Shown in pieces: positions 37,967 to 50,105 of a DNA stretch of 64,000 nt (position 1 is the first letter of the stretch; each line of letters opens with the position of its first letter). Location: positions 35,836,001 to 35,900,000 of the forward strand of contig OZ024753.1 of the NCBI GenBank assembly GCA_964016885.1. The letters run 5' to 3'. A program made the position numbers and the translations under genes. Source of the DNA: Eledone cirrhosa. Its lineage: Eukaryota. A model generated the notes under the pieces. It ran no database searches. It had not been told where the DNA came from and saw nothing but the letters and a program-made list of their open reading frames with translations.

Positions 37967-38304
37967 ATAAGCATTGGCCCTGTTTTTGTGTGGGTATTGT
38001 AGAAGACCAGTAATTCACTGAATCACCTACACTATATATATACATGCAAGCGTGGAATATGGACGTTAAATGATGATGATGATGATGATGATATATATAT
38101 ACACACACACACACACACACGCGTGTTGTTTATTACATAATTAAATAGCTCTGTACTATACATAGAGCACTCTTCTTTCCTTTACCTTTTCCACGGAAAT
38201 ACTTAACACACACACACACATATATATATACACATGTATAAAAATAAACATTTACTTATCTGTTGTAGTTTTAGTACCCATTAATCAATCAGTGAATTGT
38301 TGCT

Positions 38305-38368
<64 letters not shown>

Positions 38369-38859
38369 TTAGTTATGTCTCATAAAATAATACAACCAGC
38401 TATCCACAGAATACTATATAGTTAGCACCCCAAACACATAATTGGGAGAATACTCAGGTAAACTAAGATCTTATCAAGTGGAAAATGATAAATTTACATG
38501 AACCCAGATGTTTTAGTGCAGACGTGTGTATGGCAATAGAAATTGTATTTGAATACTGGGATATTTATTAGGGGTGGTTGGGTGCATGATTAAAACATTG
38601 ATTGATTTCATCATCATAATTGTTGTTACATCCACTTTTCCTTCATGGCATGGGTTGGATGGGAATGTTTTGAGACAAAGTTTTACAGTTGGATGCTCTT
38701 CCTGATACCAACCCTTTTACGGCATGTAGGGATACATTGTATCTATTCTGAAAATGGATATTCACATGGCATTTCTTTAAGAAAGTGGGTTGGGGTGCAC
38801 ATGAAAGGAGTATCTATAGAGGAAAGTTAATTGACAAATTATTTTAGTATTTTTAGTCT

Positions 38860-39180
38860 CATTATACTGTGGCCATGCTGGAGAACCGTTTTGAAGGGAT
38901 TTAGTTGAAAGTACTTATATTTTTAAGCCTGGTATTTATTTTAGTGTCCCCCCCCCCCCTGTTAAACTGATAAGATACAGAATGTAAACACAGACTTGGA
39001 CGGACATACATATACATGACAGACTTCTGCAGTTTCCGTCTAACCAGTTTCACTCGCAAGACTTTAGTCAATCCAGGACTATATAGTAGAAACCTTTCCT
39101 CAAAGTACCACACAGTTGGGGCGAACCCAAAACCATATGGTCACATGGTTGTTAAGTGAACTCCTTAACCCAACAACCAT
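38860..39180 (-). mobile_element. Degenerate SINE family D
   Basis: cttctgcagtttccgtctaaccagttttcactcgcaag...cttaacc; related pieces at 34620-34750, 51340-51470 and 52070-52135. Confidence 0.55.
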
Positions 39181-39286
39181 TCCTAAATACATCTAATTCA
39201 ATTACATTTCCCATTGGCACATAATGTTATAACTGTTGTGGGTTGGCATTATTGGGAGAGTGTTGGACAAAATACTTTGTGATATG

Positions 39287-39615
39287 CATCATCATCATCA
39301 TTTTACGTCCACTTTTCCCTGCTTGCAAGGGTGGGACGGGAACTGATTCTGGCTTGATTTCTACAGCTGGATGCCCTTCCTAACACCAACCTCATTTACA
39401 GTGGGTGGTTTTTGCCGTGGCACCTCCACGACCACTTTGCAGTGGAATGATATGGACCCCAGTCCCTATCATCTCATTTCTACAGCTGAGTAAACTGGAG
39501 CAATGTGAAATAAAGTGTCTTGCTCAAGGAAACAACACATCACCCGGTCTGAGAATTGAACTCACAACCTTTCGATTGCAAGGCCAATGCTCTAACCACT
39601 AAGCCATGTGCCTCC
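39287..39615 (-). mobile_element. SINE family A nested in a family B SINE (39238-39790)
   Basis: Near-identical to 1570-1908; family B head precedes it and family B body follows. Confidence 0.88.
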
Positions 39616-40059
39616 TTTCATTTACGACTTTCTACATTCTGTGTTCAAATTCTGCCGAGGTCAATTTTGCCCGTTCATCCTTCTAGGGTCTATGAAATAT
39701 AGCATCAGTTAAATACTGGGGTTGATATAATTGACTTTCCCCCACCTTCCCCCAAATTGCTGGCCTTGTGGTGCTAATTTTAGAAGAATCATTGTGTACA
39801 AATGTATGGATATCAACATCATCACTGTTGTCTCTAATGAAAAGATAGGTAAATCATCATCATCTCTGTTTAATGTCCATTTTCCATGCTAGCATGGATT
39901 AAACGGGTTGTCCTATTTGAGGCAAGTCGAGGTCAGATGACTATGTTTTGCTCATACAAAACCAACTTTGACTTGGTTTCTTGGTTTCTACAGCTGGATA
40001 CCCTTCCTAATGCCAAATCACTTATATTAAATCACATTCTAATGAGTTGAATGACTTTA

Positions 40060-40368
40060 ATACAGGTATGGGCGTACTACAGATGCTCTCTTTTTAGTGA
40101 GACAACTACAAGAGATATTCCTAGATACAAGTAAGCTTCTATATCCAGCTTTCGTTGATCTAAAGAAGGCCTTTGACAGAGTACCACAGTCTGTCATCTG
40201 GTGGTTGTTAAAGAAACTAGGTATAGAAGAATGGCTTGTGAGAGCAGTACAGAGGAGCTGTTAGTAAAGTGAGAGTAGGAAATAAGTTTAGCGAGGAATC
40301 TAAAGTACAGGTATGAGTGCATCAGGGCTTGGTTTTCAGCCTACTTCTGTGACTTAAAATGATGATGA
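40060..40368 (+). mobile_element. RTE RT fragment
   Basis: TTDALFLVRQLQE...AFVDLKKAFDRVPQSVIWWLLKKLGIEEWLVRAVQ. Confidence 0.85.
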
Positions 40369-40512
40369 TATATGTATAGTCTGCATTTTAAGGTAGTTGT
40401 GCTGGTGCCATTGAAAAGCAGCCAATCTACTGTGTAAGGTAATAGTGCTGGTGCCACAACAAAAAATACCAGTCATACAAACTGAGAAGTTTGCATTTTG
40501 ATAAATTCATGC

Positions 40513-41365
40513 TTAACCCTTTAGTGTTCAAACTGCTCGAAACTGGCCGAAATTATTTCCCCTTCATTTGTTCAAACCGGCCGATAACACCCACACTAAA
40601 ATATTGTTCTAAAGATAAACAAACCATCATCAAAATCTCGTCAATTTGATAATTACTGCAAGATTAAGCCCTTACCATGAAAATTAACACTTAATATAGT
40701 GAAACAACTTAAAACAACGTGTTTTTTTAATATTGAAAGTAGAACAGTTATTTTGTTTATCAACATGGCTTGTGAAAGTAGGGTTACCGACTTTGAAGGT
40801 TTTACACACGATGACATTCAGAATGAACAAGAAACAAAAGATAATATTAGTGATTTATCTTCAAATGAATCAGATGTTTACATTTCTGAAATTTCATCTG
40901 ACGAGGATTGTTGTTTTGAAAGTGAAAACGAAGATCTCCAGGATGCCATTGAAAATGTTACAGCAACATGGTTGAAAAATACCACACCAATATATGTTCC
41001 CGATTTTATTCAAAATACTGGTCCACAACACACATTAGCTCCCGATGCTAAAGCACTGGATTATTTCTTTTTGTTTTTACCACAAACTTTCTTAGAAGTT
41101 GTGGCAGAAAAGATTAATCGATATGCCTAACAACAGATTTCAAATCGAGGAAAACCCGATCTGTTTGGCGACCGACAGATGCTGCAGAAATGCAAGCATT
41201 TTTTACCGTAAATATTATGTTCGGTATAAAACAATTTCCGAGACTGTGGAATTACTGGAGCACTGGTATAAGGTTTAGTGATCCTTATGTATCAAGTATT
41301 ATGCCGAAAACAACATTTAAAATTAATCCAGTATTTGCACCTGGTTGATACTGCAAATGCCCCTA
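40513..41365 (+). mobile_element. piggyBac transposon fossil (left end + N-terminal PGBD4-like transposase pseudogene)
   Basis: TTAA-CCCTTTAG terminus; ATG at 40765; acidic N-terminus, then ALDYFFLFLPQTFLEVVAEKINRYA*, WRPTDAAEMQAF...LWNYWST...SSIMPK and YLHLVD, with a stop and frameshifts. Confidence 0.85.
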
Positions 41366-44126
41366 TTAATTAATTTCACCTGCCCATAAAAGTCAAATTT
41401 AACCAAAAAAATCAGGTAAAATTATATAATTGTAAATTATTGATATTTAAACATCTACTGACAAAATTTCAAACCTGCATAGAGAAAATTAAGAAAATTA
41501 CAAACAAATAAAATTGATAAGCCTCTTGAGTATGATTAACTCAAAATAATTGTTTCTACTTTTTGGCACAAGGCCAGCAATTAACCAGTGCATTACTGGT
41601 ACTTTATTTTATCAACCCCGTAAGGATGAAAGGCAAAGTTAACCTCGGTGGGATTCGAACTCAGAATAATGTGAACAGATAAGCATGACATTTGAAAATT
41701 AATGCGAATAGGAACCCTTTAAAATGGCTGTTTATAGAATCAGGGCTAACTTCAGACACTGGTTCTAAACAAGGAAGGCTTTCAACTTTATCTCTACCAG
41801 TGTACTTCCTCTTCATGGATGGGTAGTCAGGAATAGGATTGACATCCTGCTGTAAAAAAAAAAACAGGTCAGGTTTAGTAATTATGTAGAAATGTTAGAA
41901 AACTATTTCATTCCTATCTCACATATCAACTCTTAACATTCTGTAATGATTTAGTAGAAAATATCTTGAAATTTAGTTTGTTAATTCAAATGTTTACAGT
42001 ATCTTTACTATTGGACAGATCAGTGTGAAAATGTGTATGTAGTATTACAGTAAAAACTTTAATTTTTAATGTTATGGCAGTCAGGCTGTTTTATATATTT
42101 TAGGAATATCTTGCTAGTGTTGTTTTGTGTGGTACAGTATGTTAAGAGTTCATTTATAGAAATGTGGGAGTAAAATTGATTAGCCGATCTTGCTTTAGCT
42201 ACAATAATCATGTTGAGGAATATTATTGTCTATAACCAGTAAGTTATTTCAATATGCTATGATTTTTAACCACTAATGGGTCTGTGTCTTCAATAATAAT
42301 GGCAGTAGCGTGGAACATATTAACATTTTGGAGTCTGATATTGGTGTGGCATATAGACCAGGATCGCTGGTTAGAGAAACCCTATAGTTTATGTTGATTA
42401 CTGACATGTGGAAGTGATTAAAGATAAGCATGATATTTTAATGATTTATTTCTAGGATATAGTTACATAAATGTTCAGCATGTATGTATAAAAGACATAA
42501 TTAAATGTAAAGATAATTTAGGAGAAATAACTATTTACAGGCACAAATATAGAGTTAAAACCCAGGAGGACATAGTGACTGGAAAGTAAACTTAATGTAA
42601 CAGCATGACAGATAAGAAATTGTGTGTATGTGTGTAAATTTGAAAGAATTACAGATGGGATATAAACACATGTGGCATATTCTTGTTGATAGAATAAATT
42701 AACCAAAACAGAGACTCATATAGTCCTTTTTACCTGTTAGAGATAGTAGCTAAATTACATCTTACAGTCTTAGAAAAGATAACATATTGGGTAAGGGAGT
42801 CTTAGATACTCCCATAAAAATAGGGGATAGATCACTGCTGGTATACCCTTCATTATAGGTTTGTTGAAATGATAAAATAAAAAGGGGGAAATTTATGGTG
42901 ACACCTGTATAAATTTACCTAGATGAAGGTATAAACAAATATGTAAACATACATGGCATATTATTTTTGGTTATTTGGAAATCATAGATTGAAGTTGAAT
43001 CTCAGGAAGTTTCTGGAAGTGTTTTACTGATAAGGGCCCTAGTCCTCATGAAAAGCAACATAACAACCAAACCCATTATGTTATTGTGAGTCCAACACCC
43101 TAACCACAGGGCCATGTACATTCATAGGTCTACTGAATGAGAATTGAACCAACATCTATAAAACCAAGACATTTTAAAAATTCTTTTGTTACCATATCTT
43201 ACGAAAAACAGTCTTTGATGTTATGAAGAATTTGGAGGGATTTTGTTAAATAAGGTGTTTGAACATAACTTAAAGGTTCTTACATAAAATTATGATAGAA
43301 GGGTTTTAGATAAATATAAACACTTTAATTTAAAACAGAGTTCTTTGGTCTATAGAGTATTGAAGTTTGATGGGCAGAGCACCATATAGATTGTGTTGTG
43401 ATATTAGTTGTGTCTGTCATAGTATATATCTCTCTCTCATACATCATGGATGTTCCACAGGGTCTAGGTTGGGAGGGGAGCGAGAGGGTGTCTGTCTGCT
43501 CGCAACTCCTGCATGGCCACCTAAAATTCATCAGTGAAAGTATGGTAGATGTTACCAAGTCATACTCAATTGGATATTGTGAGTGATAGCCATAGTTGAG
43601 CTAATCTATCAACAAGTACTTTTAAAAGATCAACTAGTAAGCTGGCATAAATACCTAATCAACCATGATCAGGAAGTGTGAAGTATTTGTGTAGCTATTT
43701 TGTACAGTGTATAATTTACACTTCAGTTTTATTGAACTGTGTTCTATTATACTTTAAACAAATAACAAATATATAGGTACACATTACAACTAAATATATG
43801 TATTCAACCCTTTAGCATTTACATTACTCTATATTTACTATTGTATATTTGTGGTAAAGGCTTTACCTCACATAATATCGAATCTATGAGATTTTGATAT
43901 TTATTTTGAGAACAATACCTTAAAATCAGTATGAGCAGCCAGTGATGGCTGGTTTGAACAGAAATAAATGACAGAATTCTGGCCGGATATGGTTGGTTTA
44001 AATGCTACAGGGTTAAACAAATAAATATATAGGTACACATTACAACTAAATATAATATGTAATTATAGCTTATATGATATTTTTCAATATAATATATACA
44101 AACACACACACATATATACATACATA

Positions 44127-44229
44127 CAGGGTGTCCCCCCAAAAATGTATACACACTTTGATTACTTGTACAGGCAATAATTTATTAGATTGCTGTTGAA
44201 GTGTGTAGACATTTTTTGGGGACACCCTA
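44127..44229. mobile_element. Tc1/mariner-type MITE
   Basis: CAGGGTGTCCCCCCAAAAATGTATACACACTT...AAGTGTGTAGACATTTTTTGGGGACACCCTA. Confidence 0.8.
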
Positions 44230-45994
44230 TGTGTGTATGTGTGTCATTTAAAAAAAAAGTAGGCTGATATGTTGTGTGAACCTAGGACCTAGTAAATTCA
44301 ACCAATTTTTCCAAGTGACCTAATTTTACTGAGATCGATATGTTTCTTTGTAATCTAAATATTTCTAGATCTTTCTCCTAAGATTGTTCATTATATTTTC
44401 TTTTAATGGATGGTACATCATCCATTACTGATGTAAGTATGTGTCAGTCACGTTTTTCAAGAGAAAAAAAAAAAAGAAAATTCTTCTGTTGGCATAATTT
44501 CTTCTAAGAGGTCTTGTAGTTTCACTTTCATCTTTAATGTTATTTTCATTTATTTAACCCCTCTCACTCTCCTCTCTCTCTTACTCCTGTCTCTCCCCTA
44601 TCTCCCAAACTCCTTTCCCTTCGTTCTTCAAACTGCTTCTGTTTCAGTTAATTTTATTTTTTTTGTACTTCATTCGCAGCTATTCATTTATGTTCTGCCT
44701 AATTAGGTTGCTCATGACATAAGATATTTGAAAGTAAACTAAATTTAGGTTATAAAGGGTAAAAATCTCTTGTATAAGGGTTAGTTCCTGGCTCCTTAGC
44801 AAGCTGTGTTCATGTCATCTAATTTTTGGTTATTTATTACTTCTAATTTTTCACTCGTTTAAGCTTTTTGATACAAAACCACATGAAACTGCTCTTAGTT
44901 CTCTGACACAAGAGTATTAGATAAATATAAACACTTTAAAAATAGTTTTGTACTGTAGAACCAAGGTTTGTTTCAGCTGGTTTTGTATGAAAAGGGTTAA
45001 ATAAAAAAATCTTGACTCAAATTTCATTGCCACTGTAGTAATAATGAGATTTCATTTGGTCAGCAGTATACATGATATATAAAAAAGGTAAAGACCACCT
45101 TCGATCATGAATGACCATGGTCTTGCACCTGGAAAGTTCCCATCCGAGGCACAAGCCTGTGTAAGGTATTTTTTGTGGAAGTTCAGCATACCCTTTAAAA
45201 TGGGTGTTTGTTTTTTCATAGAACCAGAGATTGTTTTGGCTGGGTTGGTATAAAAAAGTTAACCCCTCTCATGAGTATTTCTAATGAAATACACTTTATT
45301 TTAAATAATTAATTTTGATGGATTTCTTAAAAGTATTATTTCATTAAGGAAGCAACTTAACATATGGTTCTTATATAAAATTATGTTGGAAGATTATGAT
45401 TTAAATAGGAAACCTTTTAATTGGGGTTTTGTTTCATAGAACCAGAGCTGCTTATGGCTGGTTTAGTAGCAAAAGGGTTAAAGAACAAATTTCCTTTATT
45501 AATTAAATTTAGATTTCCTTTAACTCTTTTATTACTATATTTCTAATGAAGAGTATTGCCTATAATTTTCAAATTAATTTGCAAATAGTCAAGAATTTGG
45601 AGTGATTTATTAATATATAAACCTATATACATAATTTACTACTTCTTTCACTTCTGAACTGATAGTGTTATAGCTCTCGTTATTTTCTTGACCAAAGAAC
45701 TTCCTATTTGATCATTCACACTTAAAGAACTAATTATTGATGGTGTAAATTGGCATAAAATATCCTTTAAAATCAAGAGAACAAAATCAATTTCCTTGTT
45801 ATTTCAGTCAGGAATATTTTTTTCACAACTTCTGATATATATTGAATGTTTCTATTACCTAACAAAATATACACTACTTTCTCTACATTAATTTTATCAC
45901 TGTATCATCATCATTATTTTACATCGGCTTCCCTACTGGCATGCATTGGGTGGGTTGTTATAGCCCACATGAGTTCTTAATTGGAGTGAGGGGT

Positions 45995-46318
45995 CAGAGC
46001 TCAACTCCCCAACCACCAGACTGGTACCAGGTACCGATCTGTGGATCATTTGCTACTGGGCCACAAATAAATAATTAACTTGTTTAAAATTATATAATTG
46101 ATAAATTGAATATTGAACTTTAATTATAAAAGATCTGTTTAAATATTCAATATTCATATACTCAATACACTTTTTCTTCCCTTTAATAAATTGCTCTTTT
46201 TATTATAGCTCTCTTTATCAAAATGCACTTAAATAACACATATATGCAACTGCCGGTCCATGGAAAGAGTGTCCCATATGAAGCCGGTCTGTGGTATAAA
46301 AAGGGTTGGAGACAACTG
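45995..46318. mobile_element. hAT-Charlie-like non-autonomous element
   Basis: ctccccaacc...ggtaccgatctgtgg left end and ccggtctgtggtataaaaagggttggagacaactg right end. Confidence 0.55.
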
Positions 46319-47523
46319 GGTCAGAGGACTATGTCTGGCTTGTATATTCTAATCCTTGGCAAAATTTCTAGTTGAATGACCTTCCTAACATTGAGCATGT
46401 AACAGGTCTTGCTCAAAAACACAACACATTACCTTGTACAGAAATCAAAGCCATAACTTTATTATCAGGTGATCAACACCCAAACCATGAAGCCATACGT
46501 CAGTAGATGCTGTGTTAATTTATATTTCTAATAAAAAGATTCCATCATCATCATTTTATATCTGCTTTCCATGTAGGCATGGGCTGAATGGATTGTCACA
46601 GTTATGTCAGTTTTTATTTGGAAGTACAGCCTCATATGGATGTCTATATATATATATATGTACGCAGGGATATGGAAATACTCTGTTTGATGCCCTGCAC
46701 ATGGTTAGCCCACTGTGAGCAAGAGACCTATACTCCTCATTCTAGGAGAAGGAAAACTGATGTAAAACCTGTGACTCAATTGCAGCCAATGATGTTGACC
46801 TGTTCTTCAGGCACCACTTGATCTAAACAACTTTTGTGTGTGCAGCATGAGTATTGCTGGCCATAGCTCATGAAGGGTTTTTAAAGGAATATAAGACCTT
46901 GGCAGAGCTAAAAAGTCATGTTCGTGTCACCCTTGTATGATAAAAAGATCAAGGGATGGCAATTCTTTAAATTGAGATGTAGCTATCATAAATATATATA
47001 TACATATATATATTTCTAGCTGTATGTACGTACACACACACACACACACACGTGTGAGTTGATAATATTTCTGCATGCAAATAAATGTCACACACACACA
47101 TTATTTTATGTATTTTCACATACACAATATTTTCAATGAGTGCGTGTGCTTTTCTTCTGATACTGCAAGAAACAAGCTGCATTTGAATTTTTTTCTCTTC
47201 TAGTTGATAATAGAAACCACCATCATAGTCTACTGAAAATGAAAATCACTTTCAGATGATTAAAATGATTACTTAATTAAACACTATAATTTTATCCTTA
47301 TGATAAATATTGCTATTTATTTGCTTTTATTTTGTTGTCTTTGTCATATATTTCACAGCTTACTTTCCAGGAAGCTTTGTAAATATTTGATATCTTTCTC
47401 TGTCTATTAAATGTTTTGTTATTGTCTGTTGGTGTTTTGAAACATATAGTCACTCGCAAACAGGCTGACTGGCAGGCAGGCATTTTGTGTTAGACTTCCT
47501 CTCTAAACCTACTAAAATTGTCA

Positions 47524-47712
47524 CTCTATTGTTAGCATGCTCTCACCACCTTCCCTATCTCCTTTCTTTGTGTGTATATGTATGTATATATATATTGTGT
47601 GTGTATATATATATATATACACACACACATGCATACATACATACATACAGGGTGTGACTATTGTTAGCATGCTCTCACCACCTTACCCCTCTCCATTGTG
47701 TGTATATGTATG

Positions 47713-47760
<48 letters not shown>

Positions 47761-47828
47761 GTCCAAACCCATGCAAGCGTGGAACACGGACGCTAAACCT
47801 GATGATGATGATGATGATATATATATTA

Positions 47829-47869
<41 letters not shown>

Positions 47870-48032
47870 GCATGCATACATACATACAGGATGTGACTAT
47901 TGTTAGAATGCTCTCCCCACCTTCCCCCTCTCCTTTGTGTGTATATGTATATATATATATATATTGTGTGTGTGTATATATATATATATATATACACACA
48001 CAACAGACACACACATACATACATACAGGGTG
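47524..48032. repeat. Tandem triplication of a ~130-bp unit ending at a MITE terminus
   Basis: ctattgttagcatgctctcaccacctt...catacatacagggtgt three times; copy 2 carries an RTE2 tail. Confidence 0.85.
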
Positions 48033-48124
48033 TCCCAAAAATGTATGCACATTTTGATTACCTGTACAGGCAATATTTATTAGAATGCTGTTGAAGTGTG
48101 TATGTATTTTTTGGGGACACCCTG
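48026..48124. mobile_element. Tc1/mariner-type MITE
   Basis: TA-CAGGGTGTCCCAAAAA...TTTTTGGGGACACCCTG-TA. Confidence 0.82.
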
Positions 48125-48163
48125 TATATATATATATATACATGCACACATATACACATATAC

Positions 48164-48196
<33 letters not shown>

Positions 48197-48570
48197 TAAC
48201 TTTGTCCTACTCTCTCTCATTGGTTTCTGACATAAACCAGCCAAGTGACAAAATCCTTTCTTAGGTATTGACTATTCTCCTGTATTCTCGCTCCTTTCTT
48301 CTATTTCATTTCCCCTCTCCCATTCACATTAACATGGAAGGAACCTCTTTCCAGATCCATTCTGTGCCAGCCACATCTCTCTGCTGCCATTTCTAATTCT
48401 ATTCCAGATAAGAGAGCTAATTAGATTAATGCTTTACACTAAAGTCTTTTTTTCTGTTTGTTATATTATTATATACTTCATTGAATATGTTTTGGTGTAA
48501 TTCTTCCTTTAAAGATAATTGACAAAATTCCATGAGTGAAAAATGTTGATTTATATGACTATATATATAT

Positions 48571-48886
48571 ATCATCATCATCATCATCATCATCATCATC
48601 GTTTAACGTCCCTGTTCCACGCTTGCATGGGTTTGGACGGGGGTTTTCCCACTTGAGGCAAGAGTGGTTGTCTTGCTCGCATAGGACTGTCTGGCGGGTT
48701 TTCTACAGCTGGATGCCCTTCCTAACACCAACCACATTTACAGTGTGGGGCTGGGAGGTTTTTACCGTGTTGCCTACACGGCCACATTACAGCGTGGACT
48801 GTCTGGCGTGTTTTCTACAGCTGGATGCCCTTCCTAACACCAACCACATTTACAGCTGGGAGGTTTTTACCGTGTTGCCTACACGG

Positions 48887-48887
<1 letters not shown>
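48571..48887 (-). mobile_element. RTE family 2 3'UTR fragment with an internal duplication
   Basis: Matches 6320-6569 reversed; 48793-48887 repeats part of 48685-48781. Shorter tails of this family at 1092-1197, 38043-38092 and 47759-47817. Confidence 0.85.
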
Positions 48888-48918
<31 letters not shown>

Positions 48919-48992
48919 GATAAGGCGCAGGAACGAAGTATCAATTTCTCATCATGTTTATTCATGTGTCGCACACAATATATATATATATG

Positions 48993-49211
48993 ATGATTTC
49001 TACTATAAGCACAAGGCCAACAATTTTAGTGAGGGGGAAAGTGGATTAAATTGACCCCTGTGCATTACTGGTGCGTTATTTTATTGGCCCAGTGAGGATG
49101 AAAGGCAAAGTTAACCTCGGCGAGATTTGAACTCAGAACGCAAAGGGCCGTAACTCTTAGTGCGAAGCATGGAGCCCGACGGTCTACCAATACTGCCAAT
49201 CATAACCCCCT
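48993..49211 (-). mobile_element. SINE family B
   Basis: Reverse complement of the 59318 element. Other copies or fragments near 17645-17775, 27471-27573, 30890-31110, 31683-31800, 32570-32680, 34915-35000, 41548-41670, 62080-62215. Confidence 0.85.
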
Positions 49212-49264
49212 TTAACCGCTTTCTTGGAGTCGACTGAAGAACTGCAGTGCAATGCAACAAAACG

Positions 49265-49511
49265 AACGTCATAACTTCTGGAGTTCGCAACCGATTTTCA
49301 CAAAACTTGGGCTACAGTTTGTCCTACAGATGAATGTGAACTCTCAGAATTAGCACATATTGAGTAGGGGACCCTTGGAGGCAGGAACCCCCTTTGGAAA
49401 AAGCCGATGATTTTGTAAAAGTATAGTTTTCGAAGCAGCACTGAAGTATTGACATTAATGGTATACACAACTGCTATTTAATACCCGATCAACGCCGGGT
49501 ACCTCTGCTAG
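49265..49511 (+). mobile_element. Helitron-like 3' remnant
   Basis: Subterminal hairpin CCCGATCAACGCCGGG (49484-99) followed by CTAG|T (49508-11); internal ccgattttcacaaaactt motif. Confidence 0.6.
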
Positions 49512-50024
49512 TATATATATATAATTATTGTCGTTTAATGTTTATATTTCCAAGCTTGCATGGGTTAGTCGGGTTGTCAGATTATGAGACAAGCCAGGTC
49601 AGATGATTAGGTCTTGCTTGTACTCATCTGTATTTTGGCTTGTGTATGTATCCTATTAGCAGTATTACAGATTAGCATTATAACTGGTGCCCCCCCCCCC
49701 CCCCCTTCCCCCCTCCAACTCACTTTTGGCCTGCTGTGCCTCTCTTTTGGGATATAGTGGCACTTTTGAGTCTCCTGTATTAGAACAAATTTGCCTGTAG
49801 GACTGAATGTTTGTTGTTGAAACCGACAAAGGATTTATCATGTATATATGTGTGTATGTATGGATATATGTGTGCGTATATATTCTCCTTGAGGATTACG
49901 TGAAGGGTGTACATGTCTTTGGAATGCTCAGCCACTTGCATGTTAATTTCATGAGCAGGCTGTACCATTGATCAATCAAGTAGAACTCATCATCGAAATT
50001 GGTCTTCCATTGGATGTGTGTGTT

Positions 50025-50105
<81 letters not shown>

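Noticed and set aside
40699-41130. Domesticated PGBD gene
   Set aside because: Stop and frameshifts follow, and the catalytic DDD region is absent.
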